Source of the DNA: Candidatus Fraserbacteria bacterium | GTDB taxonomy: Bacteria > Bipolaricaulota > Bipolaricaulia > RBG-16-55-9 > DRXL01 | Direction: 5' to 3' | Length of the DNA: 64,000 nt | Assembly: GCA_947085185.1 (NCBI GenBank) | Contig: CAMTVK010000006.1 | Location: forward strand, 34,839 to 98,838 | In this document: one piece after another, positions 54,528 through 62,869 of the stretch | How the letters are laid out: the number at the start of each line of letters is the position of its first letter | Position numbering within the stretch: the first letter of the stretch is position 1 | Notes under the pieces: model-generated | Told to the model about the DNA's origin: nothing | Seen by the model: only the letters and a program-made list of their open reading frames with translations | The model's database searches: none | Program-made: the position numbers and the translations under genes

Positions 54528-56101
54528 GCTAAGCTCTGCAGCGCCCGACGAATCAACCAGACGATCACAATCACAGCGATCAAAAGCGCAAGCACCAGCT
54601 CCCACACCGAGAGCGCTGGCCGCGCATTGGCTGCTTGAAGAGCTGTCTCTACCCCGGAGATCTGGCCCTTCACCGCGCTCATGTCAGCTAAGAGCAGAGC
54701 GATCTGTTGTGAGAGCTCTGCGAGCCGTTGCTCGGTGCGATTCCCCATCTCGAAGCCCTGAGTTTGAACGGCGTCGAGCTTTTGAGAAAAAACCGTGACG
54801 GCGTCGTGCAGCGCTCGAATCTGTTGTTCGAGCTGCCCAAGGGCCTGCTCGGCCGCAGCGAGTTTTTCTTTATAGACTTTCGTCTCGCGGCTAAGCCGCA
54901 CCAGAGAGCTCTGCACCCCTAAGAGCACACTGAGATTGCGCTCCTCGTGAGTGCTTAGATCTCTTGTCCAGATCTCTCCACCCAGCGCTTCACCCTCTCT
55001 TAGACGCACGAACCCAATCGCTCGGTCAGAGAGCCAAAACCCAAACCCCGAGCGCCCGTCATCGGTGAGCGGGCGCGCCGGAGCCATCCCCAAAAGATTC
55101 AACAGATACAGATCAGCTTTGGGAGTCTCTGCAGGAACGATGACCGTAAAGAGCACCTGCTCTCCCTCGGGCGATAGCGCCGGAGCGAGCGCAATGCCCC
55201 CCTTGTCATAGAGCGTCGCTTGCTCGCCGGTCTCTCTAGTGATTTCATAGAGATTGACGCGCTCGGACGCCTCAACGGAGAACGTGCGATCATAGCCGTT
55301 CACGTAGAGTTTTTGGCCATCGGGAGAGGCTATGAGAGAGAGGGGCACAGGCAGGAGCGGGAAAAATCCCCGAAGAACGCGCTGCTCGCACGCGCACTCG
55401 ACGCTCGCCATCGCCAGATACCCTGCGAAGATCCGCACGGTCTGAGGGGTGAGCTGGCTCGGCAGAGTTCTTTCTGGAAATATCTCTTCGATGCCAAAGA
55501 CAAAGAGCCATTGGCCATCGGGAGTCCACAAGGGACCGGGGCCATAGGGCGCATAGTACAGCCCGTGCGCGTCCTGCATGAGCTTAAGCAGGCGCTCCCC
55601 CCCGCCATCACGATCGAAGATATAAAGACCGAGACGATCTTCGCCGTCGCCGCGATAGTACGCGATCTTGCGGCCATCAGGGGAGAACGTCGGAGCCCAG
55701 AGAAATCCGTGATCTGCCGAGACAAGCTCTGTGAGAGTGCCGCTGCGGCGATCCAAGAGCATGAGCTTCCAGGGATGCGAGAGCTTCCCCGTCAGAATTT
55801 GATGCGGGTCAATGGGTGGGCTTTCGACATACAGCAGCTCTTGGCCATTGGGAGAAAACGTCGCCCACGAGAGATTTTCGCCCTCGGCGATCACGGTCTG
55901 CACGCGCCCTGTCACAGTATCGAGAAGCCAGATGTGCCCTCGCTGTGGGAGGGCTTCGTAAGAGCCGTTGGTCTCATCGGGCATGGAGAGAGCCAGCAGC
56001 CCATCAGGCCCCACGGCGATCCGGTTTGGCATGGGCCAGCAGCCCGTCACCACAACGAGCATCGCCAACAGACTCACCACCACGAGGGCACGCTTTGGCA
56101 T
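54500..56101 (-). CDS. TolB-like WD40/beta-propeller lipoprotein with C-terminal coiled coil and C-terminal TM helix
   Basis: Probable lipobox (LAMLVVVTGC). Repeated beta-propeller blades (FSPDG..IAY, SPDGQ..). ~100-aa C-terminal coiled coil, then a hydrophobic helix (WELVLALLIAVIVIVWLI). Confidence 0.6.
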   Translation of the reverse strand: MPKRALVVVSLLAMLVVVTGCWPMPNRIAVGPDGLLALSMPDETNGSYEALPQRGHIWLLDTVTGRVQTVIAEGENLSWATFSPNGQELLYVESPPIDPHQILTGKLSHPWKLMLLDRRSGTLTELVSADHGFLWAPTFSPDGRKIAYYRGDGEDRLGLYIFDRDGGGERLLKLMQDAHGLYYAPYGPGPLWTPDGQWLFVFGIEEIFPERTLPSQLTPQTVRIFAGYLAMASVECACEQRVLRGFFPLLPVPLSLIASPDGQKLYVNGYDRTFSVEASERVNLYEITRETGEQATLYDKGGIALAPALSPEGEQVLFTVIVPAETPKADLYLLNLLGMAPARPLTDDGRSGFGFWLSDRAIGFVRLREGEALGGEIWTRDLSTHEERNLSVLLGVQSSLVRLSRETKVYKEKLAAAEQALGQLEQQIRALHDAVTVFSQKLDAVQTQGFEMGNRTEQRLAELSQQIALLLADMSAVKGQISGVETALQAANARPALSVWELVLALLIAVIVIVWLIRRALQSLAQQLAFPPQ

Positions 56102-56117
56102 AGAAAGTCCCCCAAAA

Positions 56118-56648
56118 TTATTTATCTTTTTGCGACTCCTCGTATAGTCGGTTGACAAACTCCAGCACGCGCCGCTGGTCCAGCTCATCTAAGAGTTCGA
56201 CTTTTCTACGAATGCGCTCGGGAAGCCCCATCTCGGCTTCTTTTGCGACTTTCTCTAAGAGTGCCTTCTGAGCGAGACGATGGGCTTTCCAGTTGGCGTC
56301 GCGCTCGACGTAGTTCACCTGCCAATTGGGGAGTTGGACAAGCAGCTCGTGCACTTGGCGATTGAGCGGCTCCAGATGTGGCCGACGAATGCGATAGAGC
56401 CCGTTCACTTGATTGGCTAAGAGCTGGCTATCTGTGAAGAAGATCACGCGCTTGGGATTATAGGGCAAGACCAGTTTGATCGCTTCGATGAGGGCGCGAT
56501 ATTCCGCGACGTTATTGGTAGTACGCCCGATATGTTCCGAGATCTCTTTGATGACGTTGCCCTCGGCATCGGTGATGACGATGCCAATGGCGGCCTCGCC
56601 GGGGTTGCCCTGCGCCGCGCCGTCTACATTTACGAAGAGCTTTTCCAT
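56118..56648 (-). CDS. rnhA: Ribonuclease H (RNase HI-type) with C-terminal ~40-aa extension
   Basis: MEKLFVNVDGAAQGNPG...NNVAEYRALIEAIKLV...FTDSQLLANQV catalytic DEDD context. The track ORF extends upstream to 56783 across a tRNA gene, which is not credible. Confidence 0.7.
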   Translation of the reverse strand: MEKLFVNVDGAAQGNPGEAAIGIVITDAEGNVIKEISEHIGRTTNNVAEYRALIEAIKLVLPYNPKRVIFFTDSQLLANQVNGLYRIRRPHLEPLNRQVHELLVQLPNWQVNYVERDANWKAHRLAQKALLEKVAKEAEMGLPERIRRKVELLDELDQRRVLEFVNRLYEESQKDK

Positions 56649-56689
56649 AAAATAACTGTGAACTTCGAGCTCATACCTTGGAACTGTCC

Positions 56690-56766
56690 TGGTGGGCCCG
56701 GCAGGATTCGAACCTGCGACCAACCGGTTATGAGCCGGCCGCTCTGACCCCTGAGCTACGGGCCCC
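56690..56766 (-). tRNA. tRNA-Met (anticodon CAT; elongator or Ile2-lysidine type), CCA encoded
   Basis: Minus-strand sequence GGGGCCCGTAGCTCAGGGGTCAGAGCGGCCGGCTCATAACCGGTTGGTCGCAGGTTCGAATCCTGCCGGGCCCACCA. It folds as a cloverleaf with a G1-C72 pair, so it is not the initiator. Anticodon loop CTCATAA. Confidence 0.85.
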
Positions 56767-56821
56767 GCTTTAACTATACTCAAGAGGGGCTGGGATCGTC
56801 AACTTGGGGGAGAAAAGAGAA

Positions 56822-56856
56822 GCGGCCCCGCAAGCCTCCGAGGCCGCTCCCAAACT
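56822..56856 (-). terminator. Rho-independent terminator downstream of the minus-strand beta-propeller gene
   Basis: Minus-sense GAGCGGCC-loop-GGCCGCTTC followed by a T-rich run (TCTTTTCTCCCC). Confidence 0.45.
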
Positions 56857-56869
56857 CTGAGCAGCTTGT

Positions 56870-58111
56870 TTATGGGCAGGTCTTCACCTGGTCAGGAACA
56901 GGATAGACGAGGAGCTCGCCGCGAGCGCTGATGTTCAACACCCAAGCGAACTTGGCATCAGCTGTCGTGAGAACTTGCACCTGCGTAGGAGTGATTGGGT
57001 CCCCCTCAACCATAGCCACAATAGGCACTGTCAAGACTTGATCCAGACTCTCGTGGATGAAGGTGAGACTCGCTCCCACTCCTTCAACGTTATCCACGTT
57101 GGTGTTGGTCACAGCGGTCCAGCACTGGCCATCGGTAGCGATCCCACGTGGCGCGTCACCAACGGGGATTTCAACAGGCTGGCCGTCTTTCAGGACAGGC
57201 CTCAAGGGATCCAGCAGCAGTGGGCTGACACTATCCCCCGAACTGTTCACGACATAGGCTTTATCCCCGAGCACGGTCATGGCGCGCGGGTACGCACCGG
57301 TGTCGACACAATCGCCCAGCTCGATCTTCTCTTCGCCCTTCTTCACTTTCTCACTGTCGGCGTTCACGTTCTTGATCTCGCAGGCCTTCCACGTGTCCGT
57401 GTTGACAATATATGCCTTATCGCCCTTGAGCATGATGTCAGCTGGGCTAGGATATGTGGGGTTCTCTTCGTTGGGGTCGAGCTTGATCGTCGCGATCACT
57501 TCGCCCTTGTCTGGCGCATCGTTCTTGTACAGGATATCTACAACGCTGACGGTGTGCTCCCGCTCGTTCACCGTGAAAGCCCGAGTACCCTCAGCATTGA
57601 CAGCGACGGCTCGTGGGCCTGCCCCCACGGCGACTCTCTTCGCGGCTTTCGCCTCAGTGGGCTTGCCGTCTCTATCAAAAACAACCTGGGAGATATAGAG
57701 CGTGTCGTCGTCATAGCCGGGTACGAAGAGCACTCTCTTCGCTTTGTTGTACTCCAAATCTTGTGGGTTGATATTCCCGCGGATCTGGACTAGACAGATC
57801 TCGCCGGCGATGGGGCAGCCGCGAACCTTCTTGCCATAAAACTTTGTGGTATCCGCCGTGCTGGCAGCTACAAGAAAAACCGAACTTTCACGCCCGACGC
57901 TGACGGAGACAAAGACAAATTTCCCGTCTGGCGTGAAGACGAAACCATTGACCTTTGACCCGCCAAGATCGAGCTTGGCGGAGGGGGCTAGTTTTTCTTG
58001 CTCCTGCGCGCGTATCTCCGTGAGCGCACTAGGAAGGTTGGAGAACGACACGACACCGAGCAATACAGCAAGGCCCACTACTACTGCCAAAACTTTGCAT
58101 CTAGGAAACAT
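56870..58111 (-). CDS. Secreted YVTN/lactonase-type seven-bladed beta-propeller repeat protein
   Basis: Signal peptide (MFPRCKVLAVVVGLAVLLGVV). Repeated VSVVD/AYVVN/AVNAEG blade motifs. Upstream part of the track ORF (to 58165) not needed. Confidence 0.55.
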   Translation of the reverse strand: MFPRCKVLAVVVGLAVLLGVVSFSNLPSALTEIRAQEQEKLAPSAKLDLGGSKVNGFVFTPDGKFVFVSVSVGRESSVFLVAASTADTTKFYGKKVRGCPIAGEICLVQIRGNINPQDLEYNKAKRVLFVPGYDDDTLYISQVVFDRDGKPTEAKAAKRVAVGAGPRAVAVNAEGTRAFTVNEREHTVSVVDILYKNDAPDKGEVIATIKLDPNEENPTYPSPADIMLKGDKAYIVNTDTWKACEIKNVNADSEKVKKGEEKIELGDCVDTGAYPRAMTVLGDKAYVVNSSGDSVSPLLLDPLRPVLKDGQPVEIPVGDAPRGIATDGQCWTAVTNTNVDNVEGVGASLTFIHESLDQVLTVPIVAMVEGDPITPTQVQVLTTADAKFAWVLNISARGELLVYPVPDQVKTCP

Positions 58112-58262
58112 CGTCGCGCAACCTCCTTTTTGTATACAAAAGCTCTCCATGGGCTCTGTTGCCATCCCGCTCTCTGACTGTGCAATTATTGATTCGCTAC
58201 CACCTCCTTACTGTAAGGAAGGGTGCTATCTCTTGTAAGAGATTAGCACGAAAGGGGAACGG

Positions 58263-59579
58263 TTGTCAAGCAGAGCCCCTACGGCACTAGGAGCAAGCGT
58301 TGGCAATCTTTGCCCCAAGATGATACAATTTTTAGTGATGTGCAAGGACAACGGCACCCGACAGATATGGCTAGGGTTTTGGTGTATCTTGCTCCTGGGC
58401 TGGAGTGCTTCAGGTGATCCCACCGTGGCGTTCCAACTGAGCCAGCTCATCCAAACAGGCTCCACCACAACAGCCGTTGCCTTAGAAGATCTCAACCGCG
58501 ATAGTATTCTCGATCTCATAACCTCAACCATCGTGGTCGCCGACGAAGAGAAGGGCCTCAAGAGGCTGCACATAGCCGTCGCCTCAGGAAGCCTCGCAGG
58601 AAGATTTCTTGCGCCTCAGCTCATCGAGTTTAACTTTGTCAAGATAGACGATCCCCTCAAGATAACCCGCGGTAAAGTGCTGGCCCTGGGCGACATCAAC
58701 ACTGATGGTTTTCTGGATGCGGTGCTCGCCTATCCCAGCGGGGGAAGTTTTTGGGTCTTCTGGGGGAACGGATCGCTCTTGCGACCCGCTTCAAGTCGTG
58801 ATTTGCCGCGCAGCTTGCGCGACGTCAGCTCTGTGGCTCTCTCCGATTTCACCGGCGATGGCCGTCTGGATATCGTCTGCACCAATCTCCAAGGAAGCGT
58901 CTACACTTTTATCAATACCGGGACAGACCAGATAGATCGTTGGACTACTCAAGAGACGTTTGTGGGCGGAAACTTGCAGTCTATAGCTGTAGGCGACCTC
59001 AATCGTGATGGCAAGAGCGATCTCGTCGTGAGCAGCATCGGTCGGGCAGCGATTCTTCTAGGAGATGGCACAGGGAATTTTACTGTCGCCCATCGCCTGT
59101 CAGCAGGGCTGTATTCGGGAGATTCGCCTGCGTGGATCGAGCTCGCCGACATCACCAATGACGGTCTCAGTGATTTGGTGACAGCGAACCCTGAAAGCGA
59201 CCGAGTGCTTATCTTCCCAGGGGATGGCACAGGGAAGTTCGATGAGCCGCGGGCTTGGCCTACAGGTGGCCTTGACCCACGAGCTCTCGCTATCGCGGAC
59301 TTCAACCAAGACGGATGGCTCGATCTTGCCGCAGCCAATTCGTCAAGCAACGCCGTTACGGTGCATCTGAACGACGGCTTTGGCGGCTTCGGCTCGATCG
59401 TTTTGGTTGACCCCCCGCGGGGGAAACCTGTGCAGCCAAACAGGGCGATCACCGTTCCTGTAGGCTCGCTCCCCGTTTCACTGGCCGCTGGAGATCTCGA
59501 CGGCAATGGCAATCCCGATTTGGTCGTGGCCAATCAGGGGGATGATTCGGTCTCGGTCTTGCTCAATAGAAGCCAATAA
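58263..59579 (+). CDS. FG-GAP/VCBS-repeat (integrin-alpha-like beta-propeller) secreted protein
   Basis: Seven repeats of the D-x-N/D-x-D-G-x-x-D motif (DINTDGFLDAV, FTGDGRLDIV, DLNRDGKSDLV, DITNDGLSDLV, DFNQDGWLDLA, DLDGNGNPDLV). Signal-peptide-like hydrophobic segment. Start codon uncertain (58263 or ~58320). Confidence 0.65.
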   Translation: MSSRAPTALGASVGNLCPKMIQFLVMCKDNGTRQIWLGFWCILLLGWSASGDPTVAFQLSQLIQTGSTTTAVALEDLNRDSILDLITSTIVVADEEKGLKRLHIAVASGSLAGRFLAPQLIEFNFVKIDDPLKITRGKVLALGDINTDGFLDAVLAYPSGGSFWVFWGNGSLLRPASSRDLPRSLRDVSSVALSDFTGDGRLDIVCTNLQGSVYTFINTGTDQIDRWTTQETFVGGNLQSIAVGDLNRDGKSDLVVSSIGRAAILLGDGTGNFTVAHRLSAGLYSGDSPAWIELADITNDGLSDLVTANPESDRVLIFPGDGTGKFDEPRAWPTGGLDPRALAIADFNQDGWLDLAAANSSSNAVTVHLNDGFGGFGSIVLVDPPRGKPVQPNRAITVPVGSLPVSLAAGDLDGNGNPDLVVANQGDDSVSVLLNRSQ

Positions 59580-59672
59580 AGTCCAGTCAAGAGGGGAAAA
59601 CCCCGATAAGATCAAGGTTTTTTCGTGAAACGCTCAGAGAACTGTCAGAGTTCTGTCGTCAGGGTGTAGAGT

Positions 59673-60134
59673 ATGGAAGTACGGATCGAGTTGGCGCGCT
59701 TAGCATACGCCGAAAATATCTTGCGGTGCACCAATGAGCCCCCAGAGATGGTCGAAGATTTGCTCTCTCTGGACGGCGAATTAGACAAGGCGCGCCGGTG
59801 GTTTGCCTTTGCGGAGGCCAAGCGACGGTTTGACTCCAATGTCGTCCGAGGACTCTTGGTCTATCTGTTCAGTCACTATGCGAGCGCGGAGTTCGACCCG
59901 CGCAAGCGCGAGCAGCTCGTGCGCGAGATCACCGAGGGGCGTGTGCGTATGCGCGATCTGACGATTGAGCGCTTGGCCGGCACTCGACTCAGTTGGGAGC
60001 ACATCTTTCGTTTGGTAGGCCGTCAGTTCAATCCCACCCGCGAGAAAGAGAAGATCAAGGAGCTGTATGCACAGCTCTACGTTTCGGCTTCGGCGCCTGC
60101 CATCCCCCGCACGGAGGTGCACTATGGATACTAA
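59673..60134 (+). CDS. Hypothetical cytoplasmic protein, translationally coupled to the downstream zf-HC2 protein
   Basis: 153 aa with no recognisable sigma-70 regions. Its stop overlaps the downstream start (ATGGATACTAA). Confidence 0.4.
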   Translation: MEVRIELARLAYAENILRCTNEPPEMVEDLLSLDGELDKARRWFAFAEAKRRFDSNVVRGLLVYLFSHYASAEFDPRKREQLVREITEGRVRMRDLTIERLAGTRLSWEHIFRLVGRQFNPTREKEKIKELYAQLYVSASAPAIPRTEVHYGY

Positions 60135-60693
60135 GTATTCCCCCCACCAGCTCCCTGAAGACGAGCTGCACCAAGAGAAGCTTTCCGAGTTCGCTGAGCT
60201 GTTGGCAGACTTAAGACAGCTTGAGTACCACGACCATCCCAGTGAAGATATCTTGCGGGCTTATGTAGCGAACAGATTATTAGACGATCCCCAGGCCGGG
60301 CGTGTTGGGGCGACCTTCCGTGATGAGCAAGCGTTCGAGAAGTTCTTGCGCGGGCGCATCCCCCACTGGACGCGCTCCGACGTGGCGATGCACGTCCTGA
60401 CGTGCTCAGTCTGTCAGCAATACGTTATGCGTCTGCGGGCGAGCCGCTGGCAGCTGCTCAGCTTGGCCCGCCAGCGCCCCAAAGAAGAGCGAAATTGGCT
60501 GCGTCGTTTCGCGCTTGGAGCTTTAGCCAGTGCAGCTACAGCTGCGATCATCGCTGCTCTGTGGCTCTGGCCTGCCAGTCCACCAACCCCAGCGTGTTGG
60601 ATCGAAGAGCAATGCTGGCAGCAGGTGGTTCAAGGCAGCCCTCCGACAGGCGGTATCATGGTGGTGTATCGTACATCACGAGGGAGATTCTAA
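60124..60693 (+). CDS. Putative anti-sigma factor-like membrane protein with zf-HC2 motif
   Basis: HVLTCSVCQ (H-x3-C-x2-C zinc-finger of anti-sigma factors) then a single TM helix (LGALASAATAAIIAALWLW) and a short Cys/Trp-rich periplasmic tail. Confidence 0.5.
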   Translation: MDTKYSPHQLPEDELHQEKLSEFAELLADLRQLEYHDHPSEDILRAYVANRLLDDPQAGRVGATFRDEQAFEKFLRGRIPHWTRSDVAMHVLTCSVCQQYVMRLRASRWQLLSLARQRPKEERNWLRRFALGALASAATAAIIAALWLWPASPPTPACWIEEQCWQQVVQGSPPTGGIMVVYRTSRGRF

Positions 60694-60781
60694 AGGAGGT
60701 GATGTCTCTTCATAAGGGATAGCAAGTCAGTCTCTTAGAAAGCCAAGGCACACTTAACCTAGAAGAAAAGGAGGTTGTAAA

Positions 60782-62779
60782 ATGTTCAAAGGTGTGAAGT
60801 TTCTGGCGGTAGCGATCTTACTTGCGCTCTTTGTCGGAGTGGCCTTCTCCAGCCAGTCCAATTCTGTGGTTCAAGCTCAGGCTCAGAAGATCTACAAGCT
60901 CGCGATCTTCGAGGACTTGACGAGCTTGAACAGCTTAGCCGTGTTGGGACCTAAGGCCACGGTGTGGAATTTTTATGTCCGACTCAACGGGTGGGGGCCG
61001 AGCTTGTTCGGGCTCTCTGATAAGTTCGACGATTATATCCCAGGGATCGCCGACGCCAGCACCGAAGAAGAAGCGAACAAGATGAAGACCATAGGCCCGG
61101 ACAAGACGGCAACGATTAAGATCAAGAAGGGCATCAAGTGGTTCGACCCCAAGACCGGCAAAGAAGTAGGGGAGCTGACTGCCGAAGACGTCGCGTTCAG
61201 CTTCAACGCGATCATGGGGAAGAACGTCAAGGGCGAGCCCGCTTATAAGGGCATTGCCCCAGTGAAACTGGGCGGCAACTGGCCAGGCATTATTAACCCA
61301 GACTTCTTCGATCGCGCTGAGGTCGTGGACAGATATACAGTGAAGTTCTATCTGAAGGCCCAATGCAGCTATGACGGCTGGGACGAGGGCCTGCTCTTTG
61401 CGCCCATCTTCAGCAAAGCGTACTGGGAGCCGAAGTTCGAAGCAGCAGCCAAGGCCGCTGACCCCGTCAAGGCCCTCTACGAGCACAAGGGCGACGACGA
61501 GCCTGTCATGGGCGGTTGGCTCTTCCAGAAGTGGGAGCCGGGGGCCTTCGCTGAATCTACGGCCAACAAGAATCACTACTTTGCTGGAGCCAAGTCCGTC
61601 CGACCATACTCCGGCGGCTACACTGAAGAAAAGCCCGGCGTCTATAAGTACACCCATACGACGAAGACCGCCTTCCCCTATGACGGCGACCAAGGTTCAG
61701 CCATCCTCGATAAAGATAAACCCACGGTGAGATTGGAGCTGACCACTGGCCCGTTCGTAGATGCGACGCAGTGGCGCATCTACGGCGATCAAGCCACAGC
61801 GGTCGCGGCGCTCATCAAGGGCGATGTGCACTTCATGCTCAACCCCTTAGGGGTGCAAGCGGGCTTCCGCAAGCAGCTCAAAGAAACCAAGGGCGTGGGC
61901 ATCGCGGAGAACGCCGGCAACGGCTTGTTCTATATGTCCTTCAACCTGCGCCGCGAGCCCTTCAACGTCAAGGAGTTCCGCCAGGCAGCCTCTATTATGA
62001 TCGACCGCGAGTTCGTCACGCAGCAGCTCCTGGCGGGCTTGGCCATCCCGACGTACTCTATTGTGCCGCTGGCCAACACCGGTTGGTATAACTCCAACAT
62101 CAAGACCTACGGCAAGGGCCTGAAAGAAGCCGAGAAGGCTGATTTAGCCATCAAGCTCCTCAAGCAAGCCGGCTTCAGCTGGGATGTCGAGCCCAAAGTG
62201 GACATCCCCAATAATAGAGTCACGCCGGGACGCGGGCTGAAGTACAAGGGCAAGGCTGTGGCCCCCTTTGAGCTGCTCGCGCCGCACCAGGGCTATGACC
62301 CCCTGCGCGCGACCTTCGCTCTGCACATCGAGGAGCGCCTCAACAAGATCGGCATCCCTATCAAAGTGAACTTGACGGGGTTTAATACGATTGTCACCCG
62401 CGTCTTCGATGAGCAGAAGTTCGACGCGTGGATCTTGGGGTGGGGTCTGGGCGGCAAGTTCCCCAGCTACTTGGTGAGCTTCTTCCACAGCGAGAACTCT
62501 GGGCTGGGCGGCCACAACCCGCAAGGGTACAACAACCCCGAGTTCGACAAGATCGCCGATGAGTTCCGCGCAGCCTGCGAGCAAGCCAAGCTCAGAGAGC
62601 TGGCGTTCAAGATGCAGGAGATGCTCGCGGAAGAGCTGCCCTATGTGCCGCTCTTCAACGCCCCGCTCTTTGAGGCCTTCCGCGCCGATGCCTTCGTAGG
62701 CGATCGCATGCCCTACGAAAAAGTCTTCGATGGCATCCAAGGCACCAACGGCCTCATGAGCTACGTCCAGCTCAAGTAA
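60782..62779 (+). CDS. ABC transporter substrate-binding protein, family 5 (second paralog)
   Basis: Signal peptide and SBP_bac_5 architecture. 665 aa. RBS AAAGGAGGT. Confidence 0.85.
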   Translation: MFKGVKFLAVAILLALFVGVAFSSQSNSVVQAQAQKIYKLAIFEDLTSLNSLAVLGPKATVWNFYVRLNGWGPSLFGLSDKFDDYIPGIADASTEEEANKMKTIGPDKTATIKIKKGIKWFDPKTGKEVGELTAEDVAFSFNAIMGKNVKGEPAYKGIAPVKLGGNWPGIINPDFFDRAEVVDRYTVKFYLKAQCSYDGWDEGLLFAPIFSKAYWEPKFEAAAKAADPVKALYEHKGDDEPVMGGWLFQKWEPGAFAESTANKNHYFAGAKSVRPYSGGYTEEKPGVYKYTHTTKTAFPYDGDQGSAILDKDKPTVRLELTTGPFVDATQWRIYGDQATAVAALIKGDVHFMLNPLGVQAGFRKQLKETKGVGIAENAGNGLFYMSFNLRREPFNVKEFRQAASIMIDREFVTQQLLAGLAIPTYSIVPLANTGWYNSNIKTYGKGLKEAEKADLAIKLLKQAGFSWDVEPKVDIPNNRVTPGRGLKYKGKAVAPFELLAPHQGYDPLRATFALHIEERLNKIGIPIKVNLTGFNTIVTRVFDEQKFDAWILGWGLGGKFPSYLVSFFHSENSGLGGHNPQGYNNPEFDKIADEFRAACEQAKLRELAFKMQEMLAEELPYVPLFNAPLFEAFRADAFVGDRMPYEKVFDGIQGTNGLMSYVQLK

Positions 62780-62789
62780 ATAGAGTCCC

Positions 62790-62826
62790 TCTGGGGGTGA
62801 GGGCCTCATGCCCTCATCCCCGGGGA
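62790..62826 (+). terminator. Hairpin (possible terminator or attenuator) after the second SBP gene
   Basis: GGGGGTGAGGGC-CTCAT-GCCCTCATCCCC perfect 12-bp stem. Weak U-tract, so this may be a partial terminator that lets read-through into the permease gene. Confidence 0.35.
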
Positions 62827-62869
62827 TTTAGCTACGTGCTGCGCTCGTCTTAAGGAGTAGCGACTGCTA

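Noticed and set aside
56649-56783. N-terminal extension of the RNase H ORF (track ORF 56118..56783)
   Set aside because: The extension runs straight through the tRNA-Met gene (56690..56766) on the same strand. The true rnhA start is the internal ATG at 56648, preceded by MEKLFVNVDGAAQG.
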